Program-made: the position numbers and the translations under genes | Assembly (NCBI GenBank): GCA_002721545.1 | Contig: PBKR01000030.1 | Coordinates: forward strand, 5,150-69,149 | Length of the DNA stretch: 64,000 nucleotides | Origin: Nitrosomonadaceae bacterium | Lineage (GTDB): Bacteria > Pseudomonadota > Gammaproteobacteria > Burkholderiales > Nitrosomonadaceae | Reading direction: 5' to 3' | In this document: positions 42,264 to 50,400 of the stretch, piece by piece | How positions within the stretch are numbered: position 1 is the stretch's first letter | Layout: every line of letters begins with the position of its first letter | The notes under the pieces: model-generated | The model's database searches: none | What the model saw: only the letters and a program-made list of their open reading frames with translations | What the model was told of the DNA's origin: nothing

Positions 42264-42386
42264 TATTATTCAGTACAGTTTATTTAAGACAGTAATTAAT
42301 ATATAAAAAATTTGTTACTAGGATTTAGTTGTATTAGAAAATATCTATTTGGTACAGCATAAATATCAAATAGGAGGAGTTTCGAT

Positions 42387-43787
42387 ATGAGTGGGAGTCT
42401 TATAAAATATTCAAGGAATACTGAGAATGCACCAAAAAGTTCCGTTTCTACACAAACTGTAGCTTTCTCTCATTATAATAATGTTTCAGCTCAGTTACCT
42501 GTAGATCCTAAAACTGGAGAAATTGTACCTGGTGATGTACAGGCACAGGCAAGGCAATGCTTAATAAATATTAAAGCAATTGTAGAAAGCATCGGTCATG
42601 TTATGGACGATGTTGTTAAAATTAATATATTTCTTAAGAATATTTCAGATATCTACGCTGTAGATGCAGTATACACACCATTTTTTCAAAGCTATTTTCC
42701 TACTCGTACAGCAGTTGGGGTTGTTGATTTACCTATGAGTAATGCTTTAGTACAAATTGATGCAGTGATTTCAAATGGTGAAGGTACGCCTTCGACTTCA
42801 TTTTCACCCTCAGAAGAACCTTGTGATCTTATTCCACCATTTGGTTTGCATAATAATCAGGCACAGAATTTTATGCATAATCAAATGAGAGTTAGGGTTG
42901 AGCGTAATCCTGTGATCAATGTTCCAATAAGCCAGCAACCAGGAAAATTGGTAAGAAATACAGAGAATGCACCAAAAAATCCTATATCGTCTCAAAATGT
43001 AGCTTTTTCTCATTACAGTAATATTTCAGCTCAATTACCAATTGACCCAAAATCAGGCCAATTGGTAGCTGGTGGTATAAAAGAACAGACAGGGCAATGT
43101 CTAAAAAATATTAAGTCAATTTTAGAAAGTATTGATGTACCTTTTGATGATATTGTGAAGGTAACTATTTTTCTTAGGAATCTTTCAGATATTCAGGCTG
43201 TGAATGAAGTTTACACAACATTTTTTCCAGATTCTGGTATTGCTAGAGCTGTAGCTTATACTCCTGCACGGACAATATTTGTTGTCTCAGGTTTGCCAAT
43301 GGATTCTTTAGTACAAGTTGATGTAGTTATCTCACATGGAGATGGTACTCCTCCTCAAGCTGTTGAAGATAGGCATGGACTTATAATCAGAGCAAGTAAT
43401 ACGGAGGGTGCCCCAAGAAATTCTATACACACACAAACGGTAGCCTTTTCTCATTATAATCATATTGCAGCTCAATTACCTATTGACCCTAAATCAGATC
43501 AGATAATAGCAGGCGGTGTAAAAGAGCAAGCTGAGCAGTGCTTAAGAAATATCAAAGCAATTGTGGAAAGTGTTGACCATGTTATGGATGATATAGTTAA
43601 AATAAATATTCAACTTAAGAATATTGCAGATATTGGTATTGTAAATACAATTTATACTACCTTTTTCAAAGGCGACCTTCCTGCAAGAACAGTAGTTGGC
43701 GTTTCTGCTATCTCTATGGGTGCTTTGGTACAAATTGATGCAGTTGTATCTAATGGTGAGGGAACTCCGCCAAATTTTGCAAAATAG
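42387..43787 (+). CDS. single-chain triple RidA/YjgF/YER057c (Rid family) domain fusion protein
   Basis: GGAGGAG RBS. Three tandem Rid domains, each about 130 aa (aa 5-135, 186-322, 331-461). Each runs from NTE(N/G)AP...VAFSHY...AQLP.DPK...QC(L).NIK.I(V/L)ES to LVQ(I/V)D.V(I/V)S.G(E/D)GTP. Each retains the Arg of the F/T/L-P-x-R-T motif (R107, R295, R434). Confidence 0.8.
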   Translation: MSGSLIKYSRNTENAPKSSVSTQTVAFSHYNNVSAQLPVDPKTGEIVPGDVQAQARQCLINIKAIVESIGHVMDDVVKINIFLKNISDIYAVDAVYTPFFQSYFPTRTAVGVVDLPMSNALVQIDAVISNGEGTPSTSFSPSEEPCDLIPPFGLHNNQAQNFMHNQMRVRVERNPVINVPISQQPGKLVRNTENAPKNPISSQNVAFSHYSNISAQLPIDPKSGQLVAGGIKEQTGQCLKNIKSILESIDVPFDDIVKVTIFLRNLSDIQAVNEVYTTFFPDSGIARAVAYTPARTIFVVSGLPMDSLVQVDVVISHGDGTPPQAVEDRHGLIIRASNTEGAPRNSIHTQTVAFSHYNHIAAQLPIDPKSDQIIAGGVKEQAEQCLRNIKAIVESVDHVMDDIVKINIQLKNIADIGIVNTIYTTFFKGDLPARTVVGVSAISMGALVQIDAVVSNGEGTPPNFAK

Positions 43788-43944
43788 TAGTACAGGCTAA
43801 CAATACTTTATTGAGCTAGGACCTCAATAACCATCAGAAGAATTAAGTTATATTAGTTTAGTGCTATAGCATTATTGAAGTTTCTGGCATCATTTAATAT
43901 TTTTAATACGGTTAATGTATTATTAATATACTCTAGGGACAGTA

Positions 43945-44199
43945 ATGGATAAAGAAAATGTTGAGTACTGGACTACCAAGGGTAATCCACCTGGTCTGTT
44001 TAGACGATTCGAATTCGAAAACTATAATAAACTTCGAATTTTCTTGGATCGTCTTGCCGATTTATCTAAGGAGAAAGAATATTATCCGGATATCAGTTTT
44101 GGAGTAACTTATGCCAATATTACTATATATGCTAGTGATGCAAAAGAATTAAGTGTTGAGGATAAAGCGTTTGCACATAGTGTAGATAAGTTAATTTAG
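43945..44199 (+). CDS. pterin-4a-carbinolamine dehydratase-like protein (alpha-carboxysome RuBisCO assembly factor, acRAF-like)
   Basis: 84-aa PCD fold pattern (F.F.N......FL.R.A.L....EYYPDISF....ANITI). The catalytic HHP of true PCDs is replaced by YYP, as described for acRAF. Located in the cso locus. Confidence 0.7.
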   Translation: MDKENVEYWTTKGNPPGLFRRFEFENYNKLRIFLDRLADLSKEKEYYPDISFGVTYANITIYASDAKELSVEDKAFAHSVDKLI

Positions 44200-44214
44200 T
44201 ACCACTTATATCAT

Positions 44215-44853
44215 ATGGATACTGGAGTAATAGCAGTTGCAAATCAGAAGGGAGGAGTCGGTAAGACGACTATAGCCATGAATATGGCTGCTGGTTTAAT
44301 TCGCCGCGGGAGTTGTATTGTAATTGATTCAGATCCTCAAGGCTCTGCTACATTGTGGACAGAGTTATCAGGAGATCCGAGTAGATTTCCAGTAGACGTA
44401 GTTTTAGCAGAGAATAAATTAGATAAACAGGTAGCGCAGTTGCAAAGAAAATTTGATTACATAATTATTGATAGTCCACCAGAGATTAAATCCGGTTCTA
44501 TAATGAGTGTAATGTCAATTGCTCAAATTTTACTTGTACCTTTATTGCCATCACCTATGGACTTATGGTCGAGCACTCGTATAGAGGAATTAATTAAACG
44601 TGCGAAGAAAAAAAATCCAAAGATATTAGCATTTATTTTGCTTAATCAAATTGAGCCTAGAAGTGCAATGTCTCGCGGGATGGATGAGGCATTACAGGAA
44701 ATTGATATTCCTGTATTACGTAATCGTTTAGGTCGTCGTGCAAGCTACCGGACATCAGCTCTAGAAGGGTGTAGTGTTTATGATCTTGGCTATCGTGGGC
44801 GAGTCGCATCTGAAGAAATTGATGGTATTATTGATGAGGTGTTAGGACTATGA
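44215..44853 (+). CDS. mcdA: ParA-type ATPase, carboxysome positioning protein McdA-like
   Basis: Deviant Walker A NQKGGVGKTT with signature Lys, Walker B IIIDSPP. Located in the cso locus directly upstream of a McdB-like gene. Confidence 0.8.
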   Translation: MDTGVIAVANQKGGVGKTTIAMNMAAGLIRRGSCIVIDSDPQGSATLWTELSGDPSRFPVDVVLAENKLDKQVAQLQRKFDYIIIDSPPEIKSGSIMSVMSIAQILLVPLLPSPMDLWSSTRIEELIKRAKKKNPKILAFILLNQIEPRSAMSRGMDEALQEIDIPVLRNRLGRRASYRTSALEGCSVYDLGYRGRVASEEIDGIIDEVLGL

Positions 44854-45167
44854 GTAAAGGGATTTTTTCTAAGAAATTGGCTGCTAGTACACGTAAGGCT
44901 AAAAAAATTATTCCAGAAGTGAAACCAAGATCTGCATCAACATTAGTTACTAACCAAAAGAAAGCTAAGAAAATTATTCCAGAAGTGAAACTAAAATCTG
45001 CATCATCATTAGTTGTTAATCGAAAAAGAGCTAAAAAAATTATTTCAGATGTGAATCTAAAAGCTGTATTATTACGGGAATTAACATCTCCAAGTGATAT
45101 TTTAAATCCTACTGATTCAAAGCTTCTTTTAAATCAGCAATATGAGGAACGAATCTGGCCTGATTGA
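44850..45167 (+). CDS. mcdB: McdB-like disordered, repeat-containing partner of McdA
   Basis: 4-nt ATGA overlap with mcdA. 105 aa, very basic, with 22-aa tandem repeats (KAKKIIPEVK.(R/K)SAS(T/S)LV.N.K). Trp is third from the C-terminus (..ERIWPD), matching the published hallmark of alpha-McdB proteins. Confidence 0.65.
   Translation: MSKGIFSKKLAASTRKAKKIIPEVKPRSASTLVTNQKKAKKIIPEVKLKSASSLVVNRKRAKKIISDVNLKAVLLRELTSPSDILNPTDSKLLLNQQYEERIWPD
44898..45070 (+). repeat. 66-bp tandem repeat, about 2.6 copies, inside mcdB
   Basis: Copies start at 44898, 44964 and 45030 (each GCTAA(A/G)AAAATTATT(C/T)CAGA). Copies 1 and 2 differ at roughly ten positions. Confidence 0.85.
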
Positions 45168-45235
45168 ATTTATTGGCCGTGCTAGAACTGGTTACAGCTT
45201 TTAAGTCTCCAAATTCTAAATTAAGTCTCAGTACC

Positions 45236-45586
45236 TCAGTCCTTATTGCTAACCTCAACGTGTTGGATTTTTCCATTGTAGACTATTACATATTCTTTGC
45301 CAGATCGTTGTACCACTTCTCCATCAAGGGTTATGCCAGTGAAGGTGAAATCAAAAAGAACTATTCCCGGCTTAACCTCTTTGATGTTATGCACATTCCA
45401 TCCTAAAGTGTCGAAACCGGAGAAAAACTTTGTTTGCATATCCATAATTTGATCAGAGCCAAGGAAAATATCTTTATTCGCTGAGCTATAGGTGCTTGAA
45501 GATGTGAATAGTTTCTTAATTTCTGTTAGCTTTCCTTTATTAGAAAGTTCAAAGTATTTTTTTGCTAGCTGAACAGTATCAGTCAT
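45236..45586 (-). CDS. NTF2-like (SnoaL-like) domain protein
   Basis: 116 aa with the alpha+beta cone pattern typical of NTF2-family proteins (AKKYFEL...G.L..I..LF..., ...V.FDFTF.G...DGE...R.G.EY....NGKI). Convergent with the cso operon. Confidence 0.55.
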   Translation of the reverse strand: MTDTVQLAKKYFELSNKGKLTEIKKLFTSSSTYSSANKDIFLGSDQIMDMQTKFFSGFDTLGWNVHNIKEVKPGIVLFDFTFTGITLDGEVVQRSGKEYVIVYNGKIQHVEVSNKD

Positions 45587-45590
45587 TATT

Positions 45591-45704
45591 TTATTTACTC
45601 TTCATTCTCGTGATATTAAATCTTTTTATCTTCATAGTTTCACTCAAACAAGGAGTAGCGATAATAGATAGGAGAAGTAGTGGAAGTAGGAATAATTTTT
45701 TCAT
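45591..45704 (-). other. 37-codon signal-peptide-only ORF (possible N-terminal fragment of the downstream NTF2-like gene)
   Basis: Hand translation gives MKKLFLLPLLLLSIIATPCLSETMKIKRFNITRMKSK*. The stop lies 4 nt before the NTF2-like ATG, in another frame. The 5' end belongs to the inverted-repeat module. Confidence 0.3.
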
Positions 45705-45850
45705 TTGATCTTTCTTAGTTAACATTACATAACTATATACTTGTAGTGAAATTTGTCTAGAGAGGACATACAGTGTTTTGTTGTATCTGAGTGTGACAAA
45801 TTTGTAACAAATGAAAAAAAGAGCTACAAGATATATCCTGTAACTCTTTG
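45684..45850 (-). repeat. right copy of the inverted-repeat module
   Basis: See the left copy at 24971..25212. Same order of blocks on the opposite strand, immediately 3' of tRNA-Lys. Confidence 0.8.
45814..45848 (-). terminator. rho-independent terminator after tRNA-Lys
   Basis: The minus strand reads AAGAGUUACAGG-AUAUAU-CUUGUAGCUCUU followed by T7 (A-run 45814..45820 on the plus strand). Confidence 0.6.
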
Positions 45851-45857
45851 TTTTTTC

Positions 45858-45933
45858 TGGTGGGTCGTGGGAGGATCGAACTCCCGACCTTCGGATTAAG
45901 AGTCCGTTGCTCTACCAGCTGAGCTAACGACCC
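45858..45933 (-). tRNA. tRNA-Lys (anticodon CUU)
   Basis: The reverse complement is GGGTCGTTAGCTCAGCTGGTAGAGCAACGGACTCTTAATCCGAAGGTCGGGAGTTCGATCCTCCCACGACCCACCA. Anticodon loop CT-CTT-AA. Confidence 0.9.
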
Positions 45934-46428
45934 AGAATAATAATGGTATTTATAAATTAAGGTTAGTGCATATTAAAATAAAATCACTGTAGTTTTGCAG
46001 TGCATGTAGATTATTTTAGATAGAACGAATCTTGGTCAAATTTATTTAATTTTTTCTACTTAGTAGTAATGATATTATTTGAATAAGCAGTATTTCTATT
46101 TTCTTGTTAAGTATAAGAATAAGAATTAGAGCATGTAAGGCTCATTAAAGCAATCAGGAAATTATGATGGCAATAAAGTCAATAGAATTAAAAGATTTAC
46201 CTCTACGTCGACGTGTACTATCATGCCAGTATAATGATATTTTTATCGATTTATCTTGTATGGTTATTAGTAATAGATATAAGAATAAATAAAAGTATTG
46301 TTGGTATCGGTTTTCTATTTTTAGAGCAAGCAGCATTTAATAAGAACTTATTAGGAAACTTGGGATTTAAGGAATTAGATATAAAAAGCCATTCATTTTA
46401 ACTATATTTGTAATTAAGTTTCTCCTGA

Positions 46429-46920
46429 ATGATGAGGAATCAAATGCCGAAATTAGCAATTACATCAGAATCTTTTAGGCAAGATGGAGTGATTCCAGTT
46501 CGTCATACTTGCGATGGTCAGGATATTTCACCCGCTCTATCCTGGCATGGAATACCTATTGGCACCAAGAGTTTAGTTCTGATAGTTGACGATCCAGATG
46601 CACCTGATCCTGCTAATCCTAAAATGACATGGGTACATTGGGTTTTATATAATATTTCACCTGATGTAGATGGATTATCTGAGAATGCTGCTATAACAGG
46701 TGTGCCCTTTGGTATATTGGAGGGTATTAATGATTGGCAGCGCACAGGATACGGAGGTCCATGCCCTCCAATTGGTACCCATCGTTATTTTCATAAACTC
46801 TATGCTATTGATATAGTGTTACCTGATTTAAAAAAGCCAACTAAGGCAATATTAGAAGAGAAAATACAAGGCCATATAATTGAATACTCTGAATTAATTG
46901 GCCGTTATCACCGTAGCTAG
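46429..46920 (+). CDS. YbhB/YbcL-family Raf-kinase-inhibitor-like (PEBP) protein
   Basis: PEBP motifs DDPDAPDP, HWVLYNI, GYGGPCPP.G.HRYFHKLYA. Confidence 0.85.
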   Translation: MMRNQMPKLAITSESFRQDGVIPVRHTCDGQDISPALSWHGIPIGTKSLVLIVDDPDAPDPANPKMTWVHWVLYNISPDVDGLSENAAITGVPFGILEGINDWQRTGYGGPCPPIGTHRYFHKLYAIDIVLPDLKKPTKAILEEKIQGHIIEYSELIGRYHRS

Positions 46921-46945
46921 TGAGTATTAATTTGAAATTATTAGC

Positions 46946-47365
46946 TCATGGACGTGTATTTGATTGTTTTTCAAATTCTTCTAAGTGAACAATAGGTTTT
47001 TGTTTCCATTTAGCTTTACGATGCTCTACTAAAATATTTGTGAATATACCGCCGCGTACATAGAATTTGGCGATAAGCCGCATATATTTTGGTCTGATTG
47101 CAGTAACAAGATCATTAAGAATATGGTTAGTAACTGCTTCATGAAAGGCATTTTTGTCTCTGTAAGACCAAATATAGAGTTTAAGGCTCTTAAGCTCAAT
47201 ACATTTTTTGTCAGGGATATAGTCGAGTATTAGGGTTGCAAAATCTGGCTGCCCAGTTTTTGGGCACAGGCAAGTAAATTCAGGGATTTCCATGTGAATA
47301 TGATAATCCCTTTTGGAAGAAGGGTTAGGAAAGGTTTCTAATTTATGTATAGATTTTTTTGGCAT
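46946..47365 (-). CDS. queF: NADPH-dependent 7-cyano-7-deazaguanine (preQ0) reductase, type I
   Basis: QueF motif [15 protein letters not shown] and E..SLKLY..S(Y/F)R. Confidence 0.9.
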   Translation of the reverse strand: MPKKSIHKLETFPNPSSKRDYHIHMEIPEFTCLCPKTGQPDFATLILDYIPDKKCIELKSLKLYIWSYRDKNAFHEAVTNHILNDLVTAIRPKYMRLIAKFYVRGGIFTNILVEHRKAKWKQKPIVHLEEFEKQSNTRP

Positions 47366-47488
47366 TCTCTTATCTGAAGCAAATCAGTTAAAATATAAAA
47401 TATAAATGTATATATTTTAGAAAAACTTTATAAGAATTTTATTTCATTACTTTGATCTTACCAATTATAACTGGTTACGGGCAATAAA

Positions 47489-50400
47489 TTGCGTCTTTCA
47501 CATATCAAACTTGCTGGCTTTAAAACCTTTGTTGATCCAACTGTTATTCCTGTACCTAGTGCTTTAGTGGGAGTTGTTGGTCCTAATGGGTGTGGGAAAT
47601 CTAATGTGATCGATGCGGTTAGATGGGTACTAGGTGAATCAAAAGCATCTGCTTTACGTGGGGAGTCTATGCAGGATGTCATCTTTAATGGGTCTTCTAA
47701 TCGCAAATCTGTAGGACGTGCAAGTGTGGAGTTAGTTTTTGATAATAGCCTTGGCAAGGCTGGGGGGAAGTGGTCGGAATATGCAGAAATCTCTATTAAA
47801 CGGGTTCTATTGAGGGATGGTGATTCTGCTTATTATATGAATAATATCCATGTCCGGCGACGTGATATAGCTGATGTTTTTCTTGGAACAGGTATTGGTG
47901 GTCATGGTTATGCAATCATTGAACAGGGTATGATTTCAAGAATAATAGAGGCAAAACCTGAAGAATTACGTGCATTTCTGGAAGAAGCTGCTGGAGTTTC
48001 TAAATATCGTGCACGTCGTCGGGAAACTGAGTTACGGTTGCGTGATACTAGAGGAAATTTATCACGGATAGGGGACATTTGTCAGGAATTGGAAAAACAA
48101 TTACAACATCTAGAGGAACAAGCAGAAGTTGCAGGTAAATTTAAAGGCATGCAGGAAAAGCTGGGAGTTGCATATAATTTACTATGGCTAGCACGTAAGC
48201 AGGAGGCTGGAGCGCAGCGTATTCGTAGAGGAAAAGAGATTCAGCGATTGGAGTTGGAGCTGGAGGCAGAAAATTCAACTTTTCGTAGTATAGAAACCCG
48301 CTTAGAAGAGGGTCGTACAAAGCATTATGCTGCTAGTGACAGCTTGCATGAAGGTCAGGGGGAATTATATGAAGCTAATGCTAAGGTAGCTAAAATTGAA
48401 CAACAAATACAACATTTACGTGATAATAAAAATCGTATTGAGCAGCAAATTACTGTAACCAAAAATCAGGTCAATAATTATGATGAGCAATTAGAGGTTT
48501 TTACAGAGAGTTTAGAAAAATGGCGCAAGGAATTTGAGCAAGCAAGCTTAAAATTTGAAAGTAATCAAGAGGAGGCTTCTATAGAAAATGAGAAGCTACC
48601 GCAAACGAAAGCAGCGTTTCATTTACAGCAGGAAAAATCTAGAGAAATTCAGAGTAAATTACTACTTACTGAGCAAGCTAGGCAGTTAGAAGATAGTAAT
48701 CGTACACATGCCACAAAATCTTTGCAGCAACTTGAATTGCGTAGAGAAAAGCTTTTGGAGGAGCAGAATGCACTTCTACATCCTGATAGTTTTGAATTAT
48801 CACGATTAGAAGGAGAAATAGAAAATATTGCCTCTGAACTTGAACAAAAACAGAATTATTTTATACAAACTGAGAAAAAACTTCTTAAAGCGGAAGAGGT
48901 TAAGCGTAAAATTATACAGAAGAAGCAATTGTTAGAGCAGGAGAGTACACAAATGGAAGCCCGTTCCTTAGCTTTGGAGCGTCTTCAACATCGACTTGAG
49001 GATAATGACGGACTAAGTAAGTGGCTTACAAAATATAATCTAGATGTTTTACCGCGTTTATGGCAAAACATTCAAATAGAGAAGGGGTGGGAAGACGCAT
49101 TAGAGTCAGTTTTACGTGAACGACTTAATAGTTCTTCTCTTGAAAGCTTAGAAATTGCACAGGATTGGTTAGAGGACTCTCCTCCTGGAAAATGGACATT
49201 ATTTGAGACTTCATCTTCAGTAGAACAGAAGGTGGGAGAAGAAGTATTACATAATAAGAAAGACTGGAAGTTACTAGAGTGCTATTTGGCTTGTGAAGAT
49301 ACTGGGATTAAATCCGTATTAAAGGAATGGCTTAGAGGAATTTTTGTAGTTGAGAGTATACAAGACGGTCTCCTACAACGTATAAAGCTTTCTCCAGGAG
49401 AAATGTTAGTAACACGTGAAGGACATTTTTTCACTAGGCATAGCCTTACATATTATGCTCCTGATACCCAATTACATGGGGTCCTAGCGCGTCAGAGAGA
49501 AATAACTAACATCAAGAATGATTTAAAAAAGATAGAGTCTAATCTTATTACGCAGAAATCTAAATTAGTCGCCATTGAGAAAGACTGTTCTAAATTAGAG
49601 GCGCTGATTTCGCAACTACGCCTGAATAGCGAAAAGCTTCAGAAAAATTATCATAATTTGCAGATACAGACGTTAAAATTAACACAATTGGCACAGCAAT
49701 CTGATCAACGTGGGAATCAAATTTTAATTGAATTAGCAGGAATTAAAAAACAAATAGATATTGAGAATTCTCAAAAACAAGATTCAGAAGAAAAATTAAT
49801 TAAACATCAAGAACAAGTTCTGATTTTACAAGAGAAAATGAGGAAAAAGGAGGAGGAGGAAGAGGCTGCTGAAGAAGTTTTTAATAATCAGCAAAACTAT
49901 GTAAGGAGTATAGAGAAGAAAATGCAGGAAACTGAGTTCTATAAAAAGACTTGTCAGAATAAAATTTCTGACACAGAAAATGCTATCCTTGGTATTGAAG
50001 AAAATTTAGTTGGGCTTAGAGCTAGCTTGAATAAATTAGAGTCAGAGCAAGATAATTTTGATAGTTCTATATTAAATAATCAGATGCAAGAATGTTTAGT
50101 ATTAAGTAAAGAGAAAGAGGAATTTTTAAGAACTGCACGTAGTATCTTAGAAGATGCTGCTAAGGATTTGCAAGAAATGGAGAAAGAACGTATAGCCTCT
50201 GAACAGAAGATGGGCCCTTTACGTGAATTAATAAATCAAATGCGCTTGAAGGAGCAGGAGGCTCGGATTGTAGAGAATCAATTTCATGAGAAATTAGAAG
50301 AATCGGATGCAAAAGAAGAAGAGCTGACACAGATATTAGGTAAAACTAAGCCCTCTAGAATACAGGCTAATATTAATCAGCTTGATTCTGAAATTGAGAA

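Noticed and set aside
45164-45406. Plus-strand 80-aa ORF following mcdB.
   Set aside because: Largely antisense to the better-supported NTF2-like ORF (45236..45586, minus). It has no RBS or recognisable features, and the cso operon plausibly ends at the mcdB stop.
45236-45586. Idea that the NTF2-like protein is an iota-class carbonic anhydrase substituting for the missing CsoSCA.
   Set aside because: Only the general fold class matches. I see none of the motifs I associate with iota-CAs. The gene is on the opposite strand, convergent with the operon, and possibly frameshifted. It is kept only as a check suggested in the findings.
46154-46401. Two overlapping 60-62-aa ORFs on opposite strands between tRNA-Lys and the PEBP gene.
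   Set aside because: Mutually exclusive, AT-rich, with no signals. Treated as non-coding.
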